DNA of 63,214 nucleotides, counting the filler, from Rhabdomonas costata (Eukaryota), in the NCBI GenBank assembly GCA_019059605.1. It is 47 parts of 47 records of this genome, joined end to end, with 100 filler letters (N's around TTAATTAATTAA, not from the genome) between each part and the next. Parts side by side here need not be neighbours in the genome. Positions count along the whole stretch, not along the records: positions 39,069 to 40,315 come from JAHMHO010022016.1; positions 40,416 to 41,662 come from JAHMHO010022017.1; positions 41,763 to 43,010 come from JAHMHO010022018.1; positions 43,111 to 44,357 come from JAHMHO010022019.1; positions 44,458 to 45,704 come from JAHMHO010022020.1; positions 45,805 to 47,051 come from JAHMHO010022021.1; positions 47,152 to 48,397 come from JAHMHO010022022.1; positions 48,498 to 49,745 come from JAHMHO010022023.1; 39 more parts are not named here. One strand, 5' to 3'. The position numbers and the translations under genes are program-made. Positions 39,501 through 52,118 of this stretch are shown piece after piece; the stretch's first letter is position 1, and each line of letters begins with the position of its first letter. The notes beneath the pieces were generated by a model, which saw only the letters and a list, made by a program, of their open reading frames with translations, ran no database searches and was not told the origin of the DNA.

Positions 39501-39851
39501 CCCCACTGGCGTGCCATGATCCGCTCAAGGACCGCGCTTTGCCTCGCACCTTGAATAGAGATAGCCACAGCGTGGATGGATTCTCACACGCACTCACAAC
39601 CCCGCACAAAAGCAACCCAACAAACAGTCTCGGCCCAGGCAACACGACCAAACCCACTGACAAGTACCCCGCAACATGAACGTCAAACAAAGCAAGCCAC
39701 CCAAACGCACAATATCCCACCAATATTGACAGAAATATCTTGACCCCCAAAACCAGGGAACCGAAGCAGAGAGAACGGGTGAGAGGGGGAGGGGTGAGTG
39801 CGCGTCCCCACCGGCCGGGAATGACCCGCTCATCACTCTGCTTTGCCTTAC

Positions 39852-40090
39852 GGCTTGAATGGAATCTCAAGGCCATCGGGGTACCTCTGCACTACTCGCG
39901 TCAAGGCCGACAGAGCCTGCGCCACGTCTCTGGCCTCTGGGCTGGTCGCGGGCTCCGCAACCACCGCTTCCAGCGGAATCTCCTCAGCGGCAAATGGGAC
40001 CCCTGCCCGGAGCTGCCGGACGTACGTATTGAAGAGCTGAGAGAGGGTCTCCAGCGGGGACGCCGGGGTACGCACGGAGTTGGAGGAACT
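39852..40090 (-). CDS. Probable exon, unknown protein
   Basis: GC-rich, helical-looking ORF ending at a GTAAG donor (...LTRVVQRYPDGLEIPFK); 5' boundary uncertain. Confidence 0.4.
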
Positions 40091-41002
40091 TGAGCGGGCG
40101 GGAACATGAGTGGGGCTGTGCTCGCTGTTGCGAGCGCTGGTCTGCCTCCCAGCGAGGCTGTACATCCACTCCTAAAAAACGGACGGCATTTTGGGAAAAG
40201 GAAGCGGACAACTAGGGAGACGTGCTAGAGACCAGCCTCGTTACAAAGGCCTGTTTCCTTGCTACCCTGTCCCAGGTAGAGGTGGTGAGTGTGGTCCATC
40301 TTCTGGCAGACATCANNNNNNNNNNNNNNNNNNNNNNNNNNNNNNNNNNNNNNNNNNNNTTAATTAATTAANNNNNNNNNNNNNNNNNNNNNNNNNNNNN
40401 NNNNNNNNNNNNNNNCTCTGTCACGCTCCACCCAACATTCACACTCGATCACCTCGCTTCAGAAGCACACGCACTGTGCGTGTATGTGGAACTGTTGGTG
40501 AGGATGCCTATCTGCCTCCAGCGGAATACTATCCCGCCTCCTGGCTACCTCAGGATGAGGGTCACCCTTCTCCACACAACCGAGACTGCTGTCCAAAGAA
40601 GGCACTAATGCAGTGATGTCTTGTGTGCGTGGTGGTCGGGAAATCCGAGGCATGTGAACAATCGTGACAACGCATTGGCACACATGCACCTGCCGTGTGC
40701 TTTTGAAGTGAGGTGATCGAGTGTGAATGTTGGGTGGAGTGTGACAGTGTGACCTCATCATCACCCATTGTACTCATGCCAAAGCATCAGGACGTCATAC
40801 CCGCACACCGTGCTCGGTTATGCTTCATCATTAGCGCCCTTGTGAGCATCGTTAACGGCTTTTTGGGTGTTCTCATTGGAACCACTATCTCTAAATCTTA
40901 TGAGCATCCTCAAGCGTTGTCCACAACTTGCAAATTCTACCGCCTCCCTGCAAGCACCTTTTTCTCATTGTGTGCATTTACATTGTGTCTCGGGTCCTTC
41001 AG

Positions 41003-41072
41003 CGGCGTTCCGGACGTGTGCAGCCACCCCATCACGCCGGACATGAAGTACCTTGTGCTGGCCTGTGACGGG
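41003..41072 (+). CDS. Protein phosphatase 2C exon
   Basis: CAG/GTATGT-bounded exon GVPDVCSHPITPDMKYLVLACDG (PP2C motif 8). Confidence 0.85.
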
Positions 41073-41786
41073 GTATGTGCGTGGGGTTGCACAGAGCTTC
41101 CGTTCCCGTCGACATTTCCCCATGCCATCTCCACTACCTGCGCTTGATCACTTTTTGGTTCCATTCCGGCAGAACACACTTGCAATGCTGCGGTGCGCAG
41201 TAACTGAGGGGTGTAATGTGTACAACATCCCCCGCAAGCACTTGCTGTGCGCAGTGACGGGTGGTAGGTTGGGGCCAGTGCCTGACTTGGCCTGCGGAGT
41301 GGGCTCAGAGAAGGGAGGTGGAACAGCGATCAAAACACCATAGGACTACACTGCCAGACCTGAGCGGGACCGTCCCACTCCCACACTCCCGTCCCGAGCA
41401 ATTAAGCATGTACTGATACTGTAAATGGCATCGATTTTCAGGTGCGAAGAGCGAATCAAACTGCACTGCTCATACGTTGAGGTGAGAGACTATGGCCAGT
41501 GTTTTTGTTGCAACGGATAATGTGGGCAGTCCAGGCACTGCGTACCGGAAACTGGATGACACACCCATTGACTGTAATGAATCCGACCTTCCCTTAATGA
41601 ACACGATGGTTTCACTTCCGAGCGGGAAAATCACGTGCTGCCTCCCCACCCCCACCCACACANNNNNNNNNNNNNNNNNNNNNNNNNNNNNNNNNNNNNN
41701 NNNNNNTTAATTAATTAANNNNNNNNNNNNNNNNNNNNNNNNNNNNNNNNNNNNNNNNNNNNGGTGTGTGTGGCAAAGTCATGCAT

Positions 41787-41820
<34 letters not shown>

Positions 41821-42554
41821 CCGTGCTCGTGATAGGGTAAAAAATTGAGAAGACAGAAACGAGTACCTGTGATCGGAAGTGAAAGGATCACTGGAAGGAA
41901 AGAAACGATTATTATGAAGAGAAATCATCGCGGCAATGGATTGTGGACGGCAGTGCAATAATTTTCTAACCTCAGCTTGCGCGGCGCCTCCATAGGATGA
42001 GAGAGGATGCCTCGTATTTTCCACAAACCAAGAACGAGGAGATTGCAAAAAGCGGCGCTTCCTGACAAATGTATCCATATCAACCACCGCTTGGTTCCTG
42101 TTGAGCGAGAGATGTGGAGTGATGTATTTAGATGGGGGGAGGGGAAGTTCTTCGGACGGAGTGCCCATTGCGCTTAGTGAAGCGGCGAATGCTTCGGAAC
42201 CAGTTTTGTGCTCACTTGAAACTTCTCAATTGTTTAGTTAACTCTGCTGCAGATGGGCGGCGTGAGTAAAACAAAAAAAAGGTGGGTTTCAACGCAAACC
42301 GAAAAGGGAAAACACTTGCTAATATATCGAAGGAAAGGGCGGAGAGGGCCCACCCAAGCTTATCTGTGCGCGCGGAGCTCTGTGCTATTATCTTGGGAGC
42401 GAAGACCGAATAATGCAGATAACGCCCATAGGATTAGAAAATCCGCGTGGCAATGGACGTGGCGGTGCGTGTTTGCGGGGTTCCTGGAAAACCGAGTTGC
42501 AATCCAAGGAACATGTGGGCATGTATTTGTGGGGTGCGGGGGCAAAGTGGATGC

Positions 42555-42712
42555 CTGGTTCCAAGTGATCACGGAACCAACGGGGAACTTGCTGCTGTCG
42601 GGCTTGAAGTCAATCGCGCGGAACACCAACCCCTCGAAGGGGGGCAGCGACAGCAGCTGGCTGTTCAGCAGCGCCGCGAAGGGCGTCCACGGCTGCACAA
42701 CCCGTGCCCAAC
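42555..42712 (-). CDS. NAD:arginine ADP-ribosyltransferase (ART)-like exon
   Basis: PWTPFAALLNSQLLSLPPFEGLVFRAI...FPVGSVITWNQ matches 'W.PF..LL..AL..LP....VYRG...G....W..FSS' of R-S-E ARTs. Confidence 0.7.
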
Positions 42713-45250
42713 CTTACAAAGCGACACACACAGAATAAGCAGCAGCAACAGCAGCCAAAGCAAGCATGGGTCATGGGATCAATGCAAAAGGCAGAAAGAA
42801 ATGGAAGCCACTGGAGGAATCGTCGTCGTGTGCCACTGGCTCGCTTGAGGGCCCAAAGGTCCATCCCTCTCCCACTTGCAAACATGGAATTAGAAAGATC
42901 GTGCACCGGTGCCTTGCCCGAAAATCCGCGGATATTTTCGCCCCAATCAGCCCCCACCATCGGATCTCCTCGCTGTTCCCTGTGGTCGGAGGGTGGGGCG
43001 CCTACAAACCNNNNNNNNNNNNNNNNNNNNNNNNNNNNNNNNNNNNNNNNNNNNTTAATTAATTAANNNNNNNNNNNNNNNNNNNNNNNNNNNNNNNNNN
43101 NNNNNNNNNNTTGTTTTTGTTCTTTGTGAGCCCTACATGGACAAGAGGCAATACCTCCCACCACAGTATTTCTCGCGTCAGGCATCTCTGCCCGGCGTGC
43201 GGGCGGAATGAGAAGGGCCGGCTCGAGAAATACTGTGGTGGGAGGTATTGCCTCTTGTCCATGTAGGGCTCACAAAGAACAAAAGCAATCAGGGGAAACT
43301 CAAAGAGTGCGGCCGCATACATACACCAGACAGAGCGATCCCCCGTGGAGCCACGATCGAACTTCTCTTTCCGTGTCTCTCTCCACCGTCTTCCTGATCC
43401 GTGTTTGTGCTTGACTTGGGCCTGATATGGGCTTTCTTCGAGGTCCTCCACCAGCTGCCTCTCAAGAGCCAGCTGCATTTCGGGTCGGGGCGGTGGCTCC
43501 TCTTCTTTGGGTGGAGTGGACCCAGGGGTCGAGCTCACCGCGGCTTGATCTGAGGGTGCAGGGACCTGTATTTTCATCGCAAAACCATCTTGACTGTGCA
43601 GGGTGTTTGATTGTGGTGCCTTTGGCGTTTTCCTTGTGCTCCGGTCCAGTGGGTTGATTGTAGGGGGGTCATAAAAACCTTTTCAGATGTGGCTTTCTTT
43701 CCCGTTCCCGTTGTGGTACCGAAAGCTGTCTGGCTATGCCAGGAATGGCGTTACAAACTCATGCACCAAAGCAGCCTATGGGGGTGGGGAAAGTGGATGG
43801 ATGCTGTTCTTTGTTGACTGACATCGCCATCACATGCGCCGATTCCCCAATCAGGCAACGTTTTGTAGGGTATTGTCCCCCATTGCCTCGGATCTGGAAA
43901 AATCCTGATCTAGCCGCAGTGACCTTCCTGATGTATGGATCGTCCCACCTATCTCTGAACGGCTGACACCACATGTTCTACTAGAAACGTTCCACACTAC
44001 GTGGCAGACCTTAAAATTGTTCCCTGATGACCTATTTGAAACACATTCAATACCTTCCAGTGTAATAATGAACAGCACGTTTAGAGTGGTAAATTTGGCT
44101 TTTCCAGAAGAATGATTACCATCAGGTCTCGTATTCGACTACCGCTTCACCTGGCACCCGGATTGGTTTACAAAAATGTTCGCAACGCTGTCCGTGTGAG
44201 CTACCATTCCATTCCATTCTGTTCGGAATGTTCTGGCAAAGGCTCACATATAAAACGAATCTCCGGACAGGTCACAGGGCACGCAGGACACCACAGGTTA
44301 AGTAGACAATATTGGTCCAATCTCGACCCCCTTGGATTGGCGGATCGCCCACCTACCNNNNNNNNNNNNNNNNNNNNNNNNNNNNNNNNNNNNNNNNNNN
44401 NTTAATTAATTAANNNNNNNNNNNNNNNNNNNNNNNNNNNNNNNNNNNNNNNNNNNNGGCTTGACATAGCGCTGGCGGAATGCTGGACCAGTAAGCAGCT
44501 CTTTCTCTCCGGATGGAGTGTGATTAATTTGGTCTAATAGAAGCACAAAAGGACTGACTCTTAGTCGTAAAATTGTCGTCTAAAAAGAGGCGCCACAGTC
44601 AAGGATGGCGGAACGTTCTTCCGAGCTCCGCCGCAACCATCCTCATCGCAGCAAATGGCTTCGACGCACTAGGAACCTTGAATATCCTCCCGCTGCAGGG
44701 CCATTCTTCTTCGCTCACCTAAGCTTCAGGCCACCAAATGCAGTTCAACTCAATAGAACCCAAGCGCAGGCTTGCGCGCACGCGATGCTAACCTGAATCT
44801 AGCCGAAGCTTTCGGCAAGCACCTGCCTGAGTGGCATTGCATAGTCCATTCGAAATCTCCGGAAGTCTGCGCGATGCTGCTTCACCTGAAGGTGGTGGGA
44901 GAGCAAATTTGATTTCCCGCATGAGCATCACAATAGCCCACCCTTCGACGACAGACAAGGAGACCTTTTCGAGGCTCGCTGCTGTGAGTTGCTTGGGGGT
45001 TTGGAGAAGCGTTGGTCAAGCGGAATTCCTTCTGAAAGAAGAAGAAGAATAAAAAAGAAGAAAATATCTGACAATGCACGAAACGCACTGAGTGAGAGAG
45101 GTGGCTTCGATGTGACTTTAGCCTTGCAATCAGAAACGGCAAATGCAAGATAAGGTTTTCGGGCAGGAAGCAGAAATCAACGAACGCCGCACGAATGCGA
45201 GTAAACTCTACCCGCAAGTGCGGATTTCTGCAACTCGGGAGCCGCTCACT

Positions 45251-45356
45251 GGCCAAGGCCCGGCGAAAGCAGCTGTACTCCGTTTGCAGCAGCCCGTCCA
45301 GCTCCGAAATGGCGTGCATCTCCTCGAGAACCTCCTTGGCGGCGGCTCGAGCGCCT
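45251..45356 (-). CDS. Possible internal exon, unknown protein
   Basis: CAG acceptor and GTGAG donor; AAKEVLEEMHAISELDGLLQTEYSCFRRALA. Confidence 0.3.
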
Positions 45357-47174
45357 CTGCAAACAAATCCGCAGCAGCATCGGGTACCCGTATCGCGTCG
45401 GGTACGGAATAGGATAACTATAGGATAGGGTAACCTCAACGCTGCAACAAGGTCAGAGACGAAAGCCCAATTGAAGCAAGTCGGGGAAGTCAGGGGGGAG
45501 CCTTATAGCACACTGCAGCAAAACGCGACATCCCCGGCAGGTGCTTTACATCCCCCTCCCCCCTCTTACCCCTCTGGAATATCAATGTACAACCTTGGCA
45601 AACATACGATAGCGGTTCCAGGACAAGGAATGCAGACGTGCAAGATGACGATGCAGAAAAGCCTGCGTACCGAGCGGGGTTCCCCACTGGGGGAAGCAGT
45701 TGGCNNNNNNNNNNNNNNNNNNNNNNNNNNNNNNNNNNNNNNNNNNNNTTAATTAATTAANNNNNNNNNNNNNNNNNNNNNNNNNNNNNNNNNNNNNNNN
45801 NNNNGTGGTTTTTGGAAATGAGTATCGGCTTGAAACTTAAATGGAAACAGTTGTCTCAGGTTTATCTTTCGGCTTATGATTCTAGTGTTTTTGAGGCTTG
45901 GTTCCGCTTGCGTGGTTTTGGTTTCGGTTTCTATGCTGAGTTTTTGGTTGGTTGTTTGGTGGTATCCCGGCTCGGCTGGGGTTTCGTAAGGTCATGTTGT
46001 GACGGCAGTTTTAAACGAAGGTGGTTTAGTACACTCCCTAGAGTTTAGAGACCAACAGACCAACAGTTTTGAAAATGGCATGTGAGGGTGATTAGTTCGG
46101 TTACGTTTTGTGTACGCTACTCTGACACTTGGCTTGAATAGCGTTTAAACAATAAATTGGAGCGCGCCCGCATGAAATCATCATTCTCAGAAACTCGGTT
46201 TCCGCATTAATTTAAGTTCAAAACGAAATATAATCGGACTGAAATAAATGTGGTTTAAAAATGCGCCGTTGGGAAATAATGAAATTGATGGTTTTTTGCA
46301 CAGAAAAAGGGTCAAAAACCAATGTGTGGCAATAAGTAAGAATCTTGAAGGTAGATGCTCCCGTCATTTTAATAAGCGGAGATGTGCACAAGAGAGGAAA
46401 AGGATGGGCACAGCCATTAAAGAGCCACATCGACATTATAGAGGATCAGCGAATTTAGTGCGCCAGTAGCCGTTTATATAGCAGGCCGTAAACTCAGACT
46501 TTTGTCGGAGCAGTTCAAGCACTGGAGCTGAGCGGTACTAAATCAGGGCATCCAGTGTGTCAACTGATGTTTGGCGTTGAAGGTGCACGGTGTGCCCCCG
46601 ATAAACGTCAATGTCATCATCAAAAATCTGCTCTTTTGGCATAAACTTCTCCTGTTACCTAAAGGTATGAAATGGCAGGAGATTACCCCAAAAACTCTAT
46701 TTTTGTTGGCTGTATTTTTGTTCGAAAAACAAAAAACGGAGAGGAAAAGCACGTAGTAAAATAAAGCAGTTCGAAAAAAGCGCACACGCGCAAAAGATCT
46801 TACTGATTTTAAAGTTAAACGAAATATAAACTGCACAAAAGGGCCATAAAGAACGCCTTATTCCGCCAAGAGGGGGTAAAAAACCTAAATGTGATGGGGG
46901 CGGGTGTTCTAGCGACAATACTACTGGACACGGCGGGGATCGCCAGATGCGGAAAGACCCACCAAAGAGCCCAGCACAACACGCATTCACCATTCCACCC
47001 AGCCGGCCGGCTATTCCGTCACACGCCCGCTCCCCCCCACAACCCAAAACANNNNNNNNNNNNNNNNNNNNNNNNNNNNNNNNNNNNNNNNNNNNTTAAT
47101 TAATTAANNNNNNNNNNNNNNNNNNNNNNNNNNNNNNNNNNNNNNNNNNNNGTTGTTGTGGCTATGATGTGATC

Positions 47175-47228
47175 GTCTTCGTCTTCGTCTTCGTCTTCGT
47201 CTTCGTCTTCGTCTTCGTCTTCGTCTTC
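47175..47228 (+). repeat. (GTCTTC)9 microsatellite
   Basis: Perfect hexamer tandem in the intron upstream of the eIF4E exon. Confidence 0.95.
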
Positions 47229-47289
47229 CGGGCTCTCTGGGATTCCGTTTGGCATTTGGATTTGGTTGTTTGCGTCGTGGCTCACACAG

Positions 47290-48181
47290 AACGTCAAGCC
47301 GATCTGGGAGGACCCCATGAACTCCAACGGGGGGCGGTGGGTGGCGCGAGGGCTGGAACGCGGGGACCGGTTCCGGCTGTGGTCCAACATTGTACTGGCG
47401 ATGATAGGAGAGGTTCACACTTTTTTTTTTGCCTCCCACGGCACCGTGCGTCCAAACGCAACCCATGCACCCGTCAGACAAAAGCCTCATGTTCCCTTTG
47501 CATCGGGGGTCTAAACGGCCAAGTTTGAGGTCCATTGAGGAACAGCTATCGCAGGACCCCGGAATGCAGTGGATGATCCACCGAGCTCACGCTGGGTGTT
47601 ACCTAGAGGCATACACTCTCGTTCAGGTACGCTTACTGGATAAGCTTTTTCCAGAAGTTGGCGACAATAACAAACTGTGCATTAAAGGGCTTGAATTCAG
47701 CATGTGAGGGATAAGCCGAAGCAGACTCGGGGTCTTTTGTATGTACAGTGGGCCTCCCAAAACGCTGCGTAGGCCGGTCCTTGCACCCTCAGGCCGTGCC
47801 CCTTGGCGGCTCTAGTTCAGCAAGTTGGCCAACGAATGTTTCTCCTGAGAACTTGCAACCTTCTCCATCATTGAATGAATGTCGTCGGCCAATTATTTCC
47901 GTGATGAAGGGCTTATTTGGGAACTTTTTGGTTGTTGGTTTGTATCAGTCCTGTAGAGTACCCCCCTTCCTGTCACAGATGCTTGTAGACAACACCAACC
48001 ACACCGTGTGCGGCGTGGTGCTGAGCACAAAGGCAAGCGGAGACACGATCCAGCTCTGGGTGGACGGGGGGTACTACCACACCAGCGTCTGCCCATCCTC
48101 ATTTGACCCCGAGGCGGCGAAGGCCAACGACCCTATGGACGTCGCCCTGCAGAAGCTCCTGTGGCCCGACCTCCCGGGAAG
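47290..48181 (+). CDS. EIF4E: eIF4E family cap-binding protein, 2 exons
   Basis: Exons 47290-47412 (VKPIWEDPMNSNGGRW...WSNIVLAMIGE) and 47979-48181 (VCGVVLS...DTIQLWV). Confidence 0.92.
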
Positions 48182-48740
48182 GTTCTGCCCCAAACTCACT
48201 CAAAACCACCTCATCCCTCATACTCCCATTGCCAGATGTGCTGCCGTGAATGTCGATATGCTTTTCGTGCTCATTTGTTTTCTGCGTCATTCATGAAAGT
48301 GTGGACAACGATGCGAGACAGCCGTAGCAGTTGCAGCGTGCAGCAAGCCTCCCAAACTCTCAGGCTGGGCCTTCACATTCCTATCAACCCCAACACANNN
48401 NNNNNNNNNNNNNNNNNNNNNNNNNNNNNNNNNNNNNNNNNTTAATTAATTAANNNNNNNNNNNNNNNNNNNNNNNNNNNNNNNNNNNNNNNNNNNNGGT
48501 GGTGGTTTGTTTTAGGTGCTCCTCCCTCGGGTGCACAAAGGGACACCGTTGGAACTTGGGGTAAATACCCCTCCCTCCTTCCTCGCTGCTGCCACATCTC
48601 TCAGCCCCGATAGGCGGCGGGGTTGATTATCAAGTGTACAGTATAGCTGCGGGGGGGGGTTCGTCTTTCTTGGGGCGGGCCGTGTTGCCGCGGCTGCGCC
48701 GCCTTGACTCCACCTTGGCTCGCTCGCGCAACGATAGAGG

Positions 48741-49190
48741 GAGGTGCTGGCACGGCGACGCCTGTTGATACCGGTGCTTCCCGTTCACCCATCCGAAAGA
48801 AAAGCCCCAAGGGGCATTCCCGCGAGAAAACGCCCCAGCCCCCCAAGGAAGGAGTGTGGAGTCGAATGACCTGAGCCGCAATGGCGCAACGAAGGCCCGG
48901 GACCCATGGGGCTGAAGGGAGGTTACCAGATGTGGAACGTTCGGCGGTGAGGTGCTGGCACGGTGACGCCTGTTGATACCGGTGCTACCCGTTTACCCAT
49001 CCGAAAGAAAAGCTCCAAGGGGCATTCCCGCGAGAAACGGCCCCAGCCCCCCAAGGAAGGAGTGTGGGGTTGCAGAGACTGAGCCGCAATGGAGCAATGC
49101 AGGTGGCCGCTGGAAAAGAGCAGCTGCGCGACAATGGCCTGGGACCCGTGGGGCAGAAGGGAGGTTACCAGATGTGGGACGTTCGGCGGT
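48741..49190 (+). repeat. Head-to-tail tandem duplication of a ~208-bp unit
   Basis: 48741-48948 and 48949-49190 align end to end; copy 2 has about 34 extra nucleotides. Confidence 0.92.
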
Positions 49191-50178
49191 GAGCCGGTTT
49201 CGGTTCCCCACGGCACCGTTCGCTCCAACGGCACCTCTCGCGAGCACCCGTGGCCAACAGGGCGTGCGCCAGTCAGTCCAGAGTGGTCACCACCAACCAG
49301 TCAACCAGTCAACCAGTCAACCAGGCAACAGTCAGCGCGCAAGGCGCCCAACACACGCACTTTATTCTAGTCCTTTCCGCGGGGGAAAAGACCACGGAAA
49401 ATCACTACAAAAAAGGACAAACGTTTTCAGGTGCACAACCTGCAAGGAATGCAGGCGCGGTTTCTGTCCGTCCTGACTAGAACACATATAAGTGACAGAG
49501 CCACGGGAACCAGCCAGGCGGACATCGAGGAGCAAGCAAAGTTTTGGACACACTATCAGGTGGATAAACCCCATACACCCCGTTCTAACACCCGCACCAC
49601 CCTGTCGACCAACCCACAACAGCACCGAGCCACAGAAACGCCCAAGGCTGGGGAAAAGATGCAGGCTGCGATCAGAGGTTCAAGACTGGCCAATTTCCCG
49701 AGAACGCTGAACATGGCTCGAGGAAGCAAAATGCGCCCAAACACCNNNNNNNNNNNNNNNNNNNNNNNNNNNNNNNNNNNNNNNNNNNNTTAATTAATTA
49801 ANNNNNNNNNNNNNNNNNNNNNNNNNNNNNNNNNNNNNNNNNNNNTTGGGGGGGGGGTGCGACGTGAAAACCCCAACCACTGGCATGTAAAAGAGTGTGG
49901 ATTCACCAATCATGGACTCCCCAGCTCAGGCTACCAACACCAACAATTTCATTGATGGAAACGTTTGAGCTACTTCATCCCGGGAGCGGGGGAGAAGCCT
50001 TTCAGAGCACCCTCTTCCGGATAAATTCAAATACATGAGAGGCACAGGGTGGATGATCACCACCCAACACCAGCAATACGCATCAAAAGGCAAAATCAGC
50101 AATAACGCGCCCCTGCTTCTCAAGGGGTGGTTGGGTGGGAGGTCCAATGGAGGACCCTCTCACAGCCCAGACCCTCTC

Positions 50179-50582
50179 TCACTTCTTCCCGAAATGCGCC
50201 ACCACGGCCTGTAGAACATTGGTCATCGTCACCACGGCGGATGGCAGGCACCTGCTGTCCAGGACATACACTCGGTGCACGTCGTGGCCGGCCATCAGCC
50301 GCACCACGTCCTCCAGCGGAGAGTCCATGGTGCACGTGATCGGCGTCAGGGCAGGGGTGGAGAAGGGGGAGCACGGGATGGGAGTGGGCCCCGCGGTGGT
50401 GGAGCTGCTGCTGCCGCCGCTGCCACCACCAGCGCCCTCATCCACGGCGGCGGGAGGTGGCGTTGGGGTGGCCGCAGATCGGGGCACCTGCACGAGCTCC
50501 CACACGGGCTGAGCCAAGGAGGGAAGGTTGGCCAGAGCGAATCCCCGTAGGTCTGACGCGCTGAAATTCCCGACTAGCGCAC
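50179..50582 (-). CDS. CBS-domain protein (AMPK-gamma/SDS23-like), last exon
   Basis: GALVGNFSASDLRG...PITCTMDSPLEDVVRLMAGHDVHRVYVLD...VVTMTNVL, then TGA. Confidence 0.88.
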
Positions 50583-51742
50583 CTGAGAACAGTCACCGAA
50601 ACCCGCGCTGAAACATTCACCTAGCACTTCGTTCTCACCATTTTAATTCGTTGCTGGCACATCGGTGTGCAGGTGGGCGAACGGTGTGCCAGCCTACAGT
50701 TCTTTCATTTATCAAAGCCCACGCCCGATGTAAAGCCAGCGCAAAAACAAAAGTTCCTTCCAAGCCTGTGTTAAGGAATAAAGGGCCCAAAAACACCCCA
50801 AAATGACCCCTATATGGCCTCTAGAGGTGCCAGTACGAAGCACTCCTAGGCTCTACCCTTAGGTATGCTAAGCAGAAGCTTAGGGCTCAGTTGCAGGCCT
50901 CCGAAAATTGCACCCCGGGCTCTTAAAAATCATTTTCGACTTAGTTGACGAGTCGACGAGAAAATGCCCTGAAAGGGGCCAAAATGGGACCTTGAAGGGG
51001 CAATATCTCGGCATCTCGGCGTTGAGAAGGAGTCCGAGGCCAGGAAGCGGCCGACCAACTCATCTCAGGAGTACTACCAACCACCAAATATGNNNNNNNN
51101 NNNNNNNNNNNNNNNNNNNNNNNNNNNNNNNNNNNNTTAATTAATTAANNNNNNNNNNNNNNNNNNNNNNNNNNNNNNNNNNNNNNNNNNNNGGGGGGGT
51201 GGTGTGCGAGCGCTCGCTTTGGGGATGTTGTACCACACTGCACCTGGAGAGAGCACCCTTTTCGGAGTGGCGGGGGTGGCGGAGTTTTTGACTCGTGCTT
51301 ATCAGTTTGATTTTTCCTGAACAATGGAAAGGGGTTAAGCCAAAGCAGCTCCCCGTCCCTCTCGAAGCTCGTGAGAACCCAAGTCCGGGCTGAGGTGGTG
51401 GTGGTGGTACTGGTGGTGGTGGTAACGGTGGGGATAGCGCCCAGGAGACCGTCCAGGGGAAACCCGATGTTCGCAGAAATTCGCAGAAAGGGAAGAATGC
51501 CATCAAATCACACACGAACAGCCGGGAGTCTTTAGTATATACAAAACCGAAACGCTGTGTGGCCGGTTTCCGTTCCATCGTTTTGGTTTCTTTTTACACC
51601 GTTTATGAATTATGAATTATTTGCTGAATAACAATTTCTGACTGGGTCTTCATCTTCTGCTGTCAATATCCAGGTTATGCTTTTGCTCTTGTAGCCCGAC
51701 ACATGAGTGGCTGCCTTTCTGATTTTCTGCCCCTCGTCCCAG

Positions 51743-52118
51743 GTGGTTATCACTCTGATCCGGAATACCCTGAATGACCTCAAGCTTGCCGTGGCTGGTA
51801 CGATAATCATGTCGGTGAACTTGCAAGAGGCCCTCGATTATCTCTACGACTCTCGCTTGCCTCCATCGTGGCTGAAGGTGATTCTCATGCCCTATCTTCG
51901 CTTTTGAGAACGAGTTCACCTCTGGGTTTGCATCGGGCTGTGGTTCAGAGTTCAACCCTTTCGTTCCATCTCTCCCTTGCACTGCACAGGTGTCATGGCC
52001 CTCTCCCAACATGGGGCTGTGGTTCGCGGATGTGGTGCGGCGCCACGAGCAGCTCAACTCCTGGCTGCTCCACGACCGACCAGTGAAGTACTGGCTGGCC
52101 GGATTCTTCAATCCCCAG
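51743..52118 (+). CDS. Axonemal dynein heavy chain, C-terminal exons (DNAH5/8-like)
   Basis: Exons 51743-51877 (TLNDLKLAVAGTIIMS...LYDSRLPPSWLK) and 51990-52118 (VSW...GLWF...YWLAGFFNPQ). Confidence 0.93.

Noticed and set aside
43115..43284. 61-bp perfect inverted repeat
   Set aside because: Same contig-terminal fold-back pattern.
47100..47535. ORFs with poly-ED, poly-R or poly-FV
   Set aside because: These are translations of the (GTCTTC)n microsatellite.
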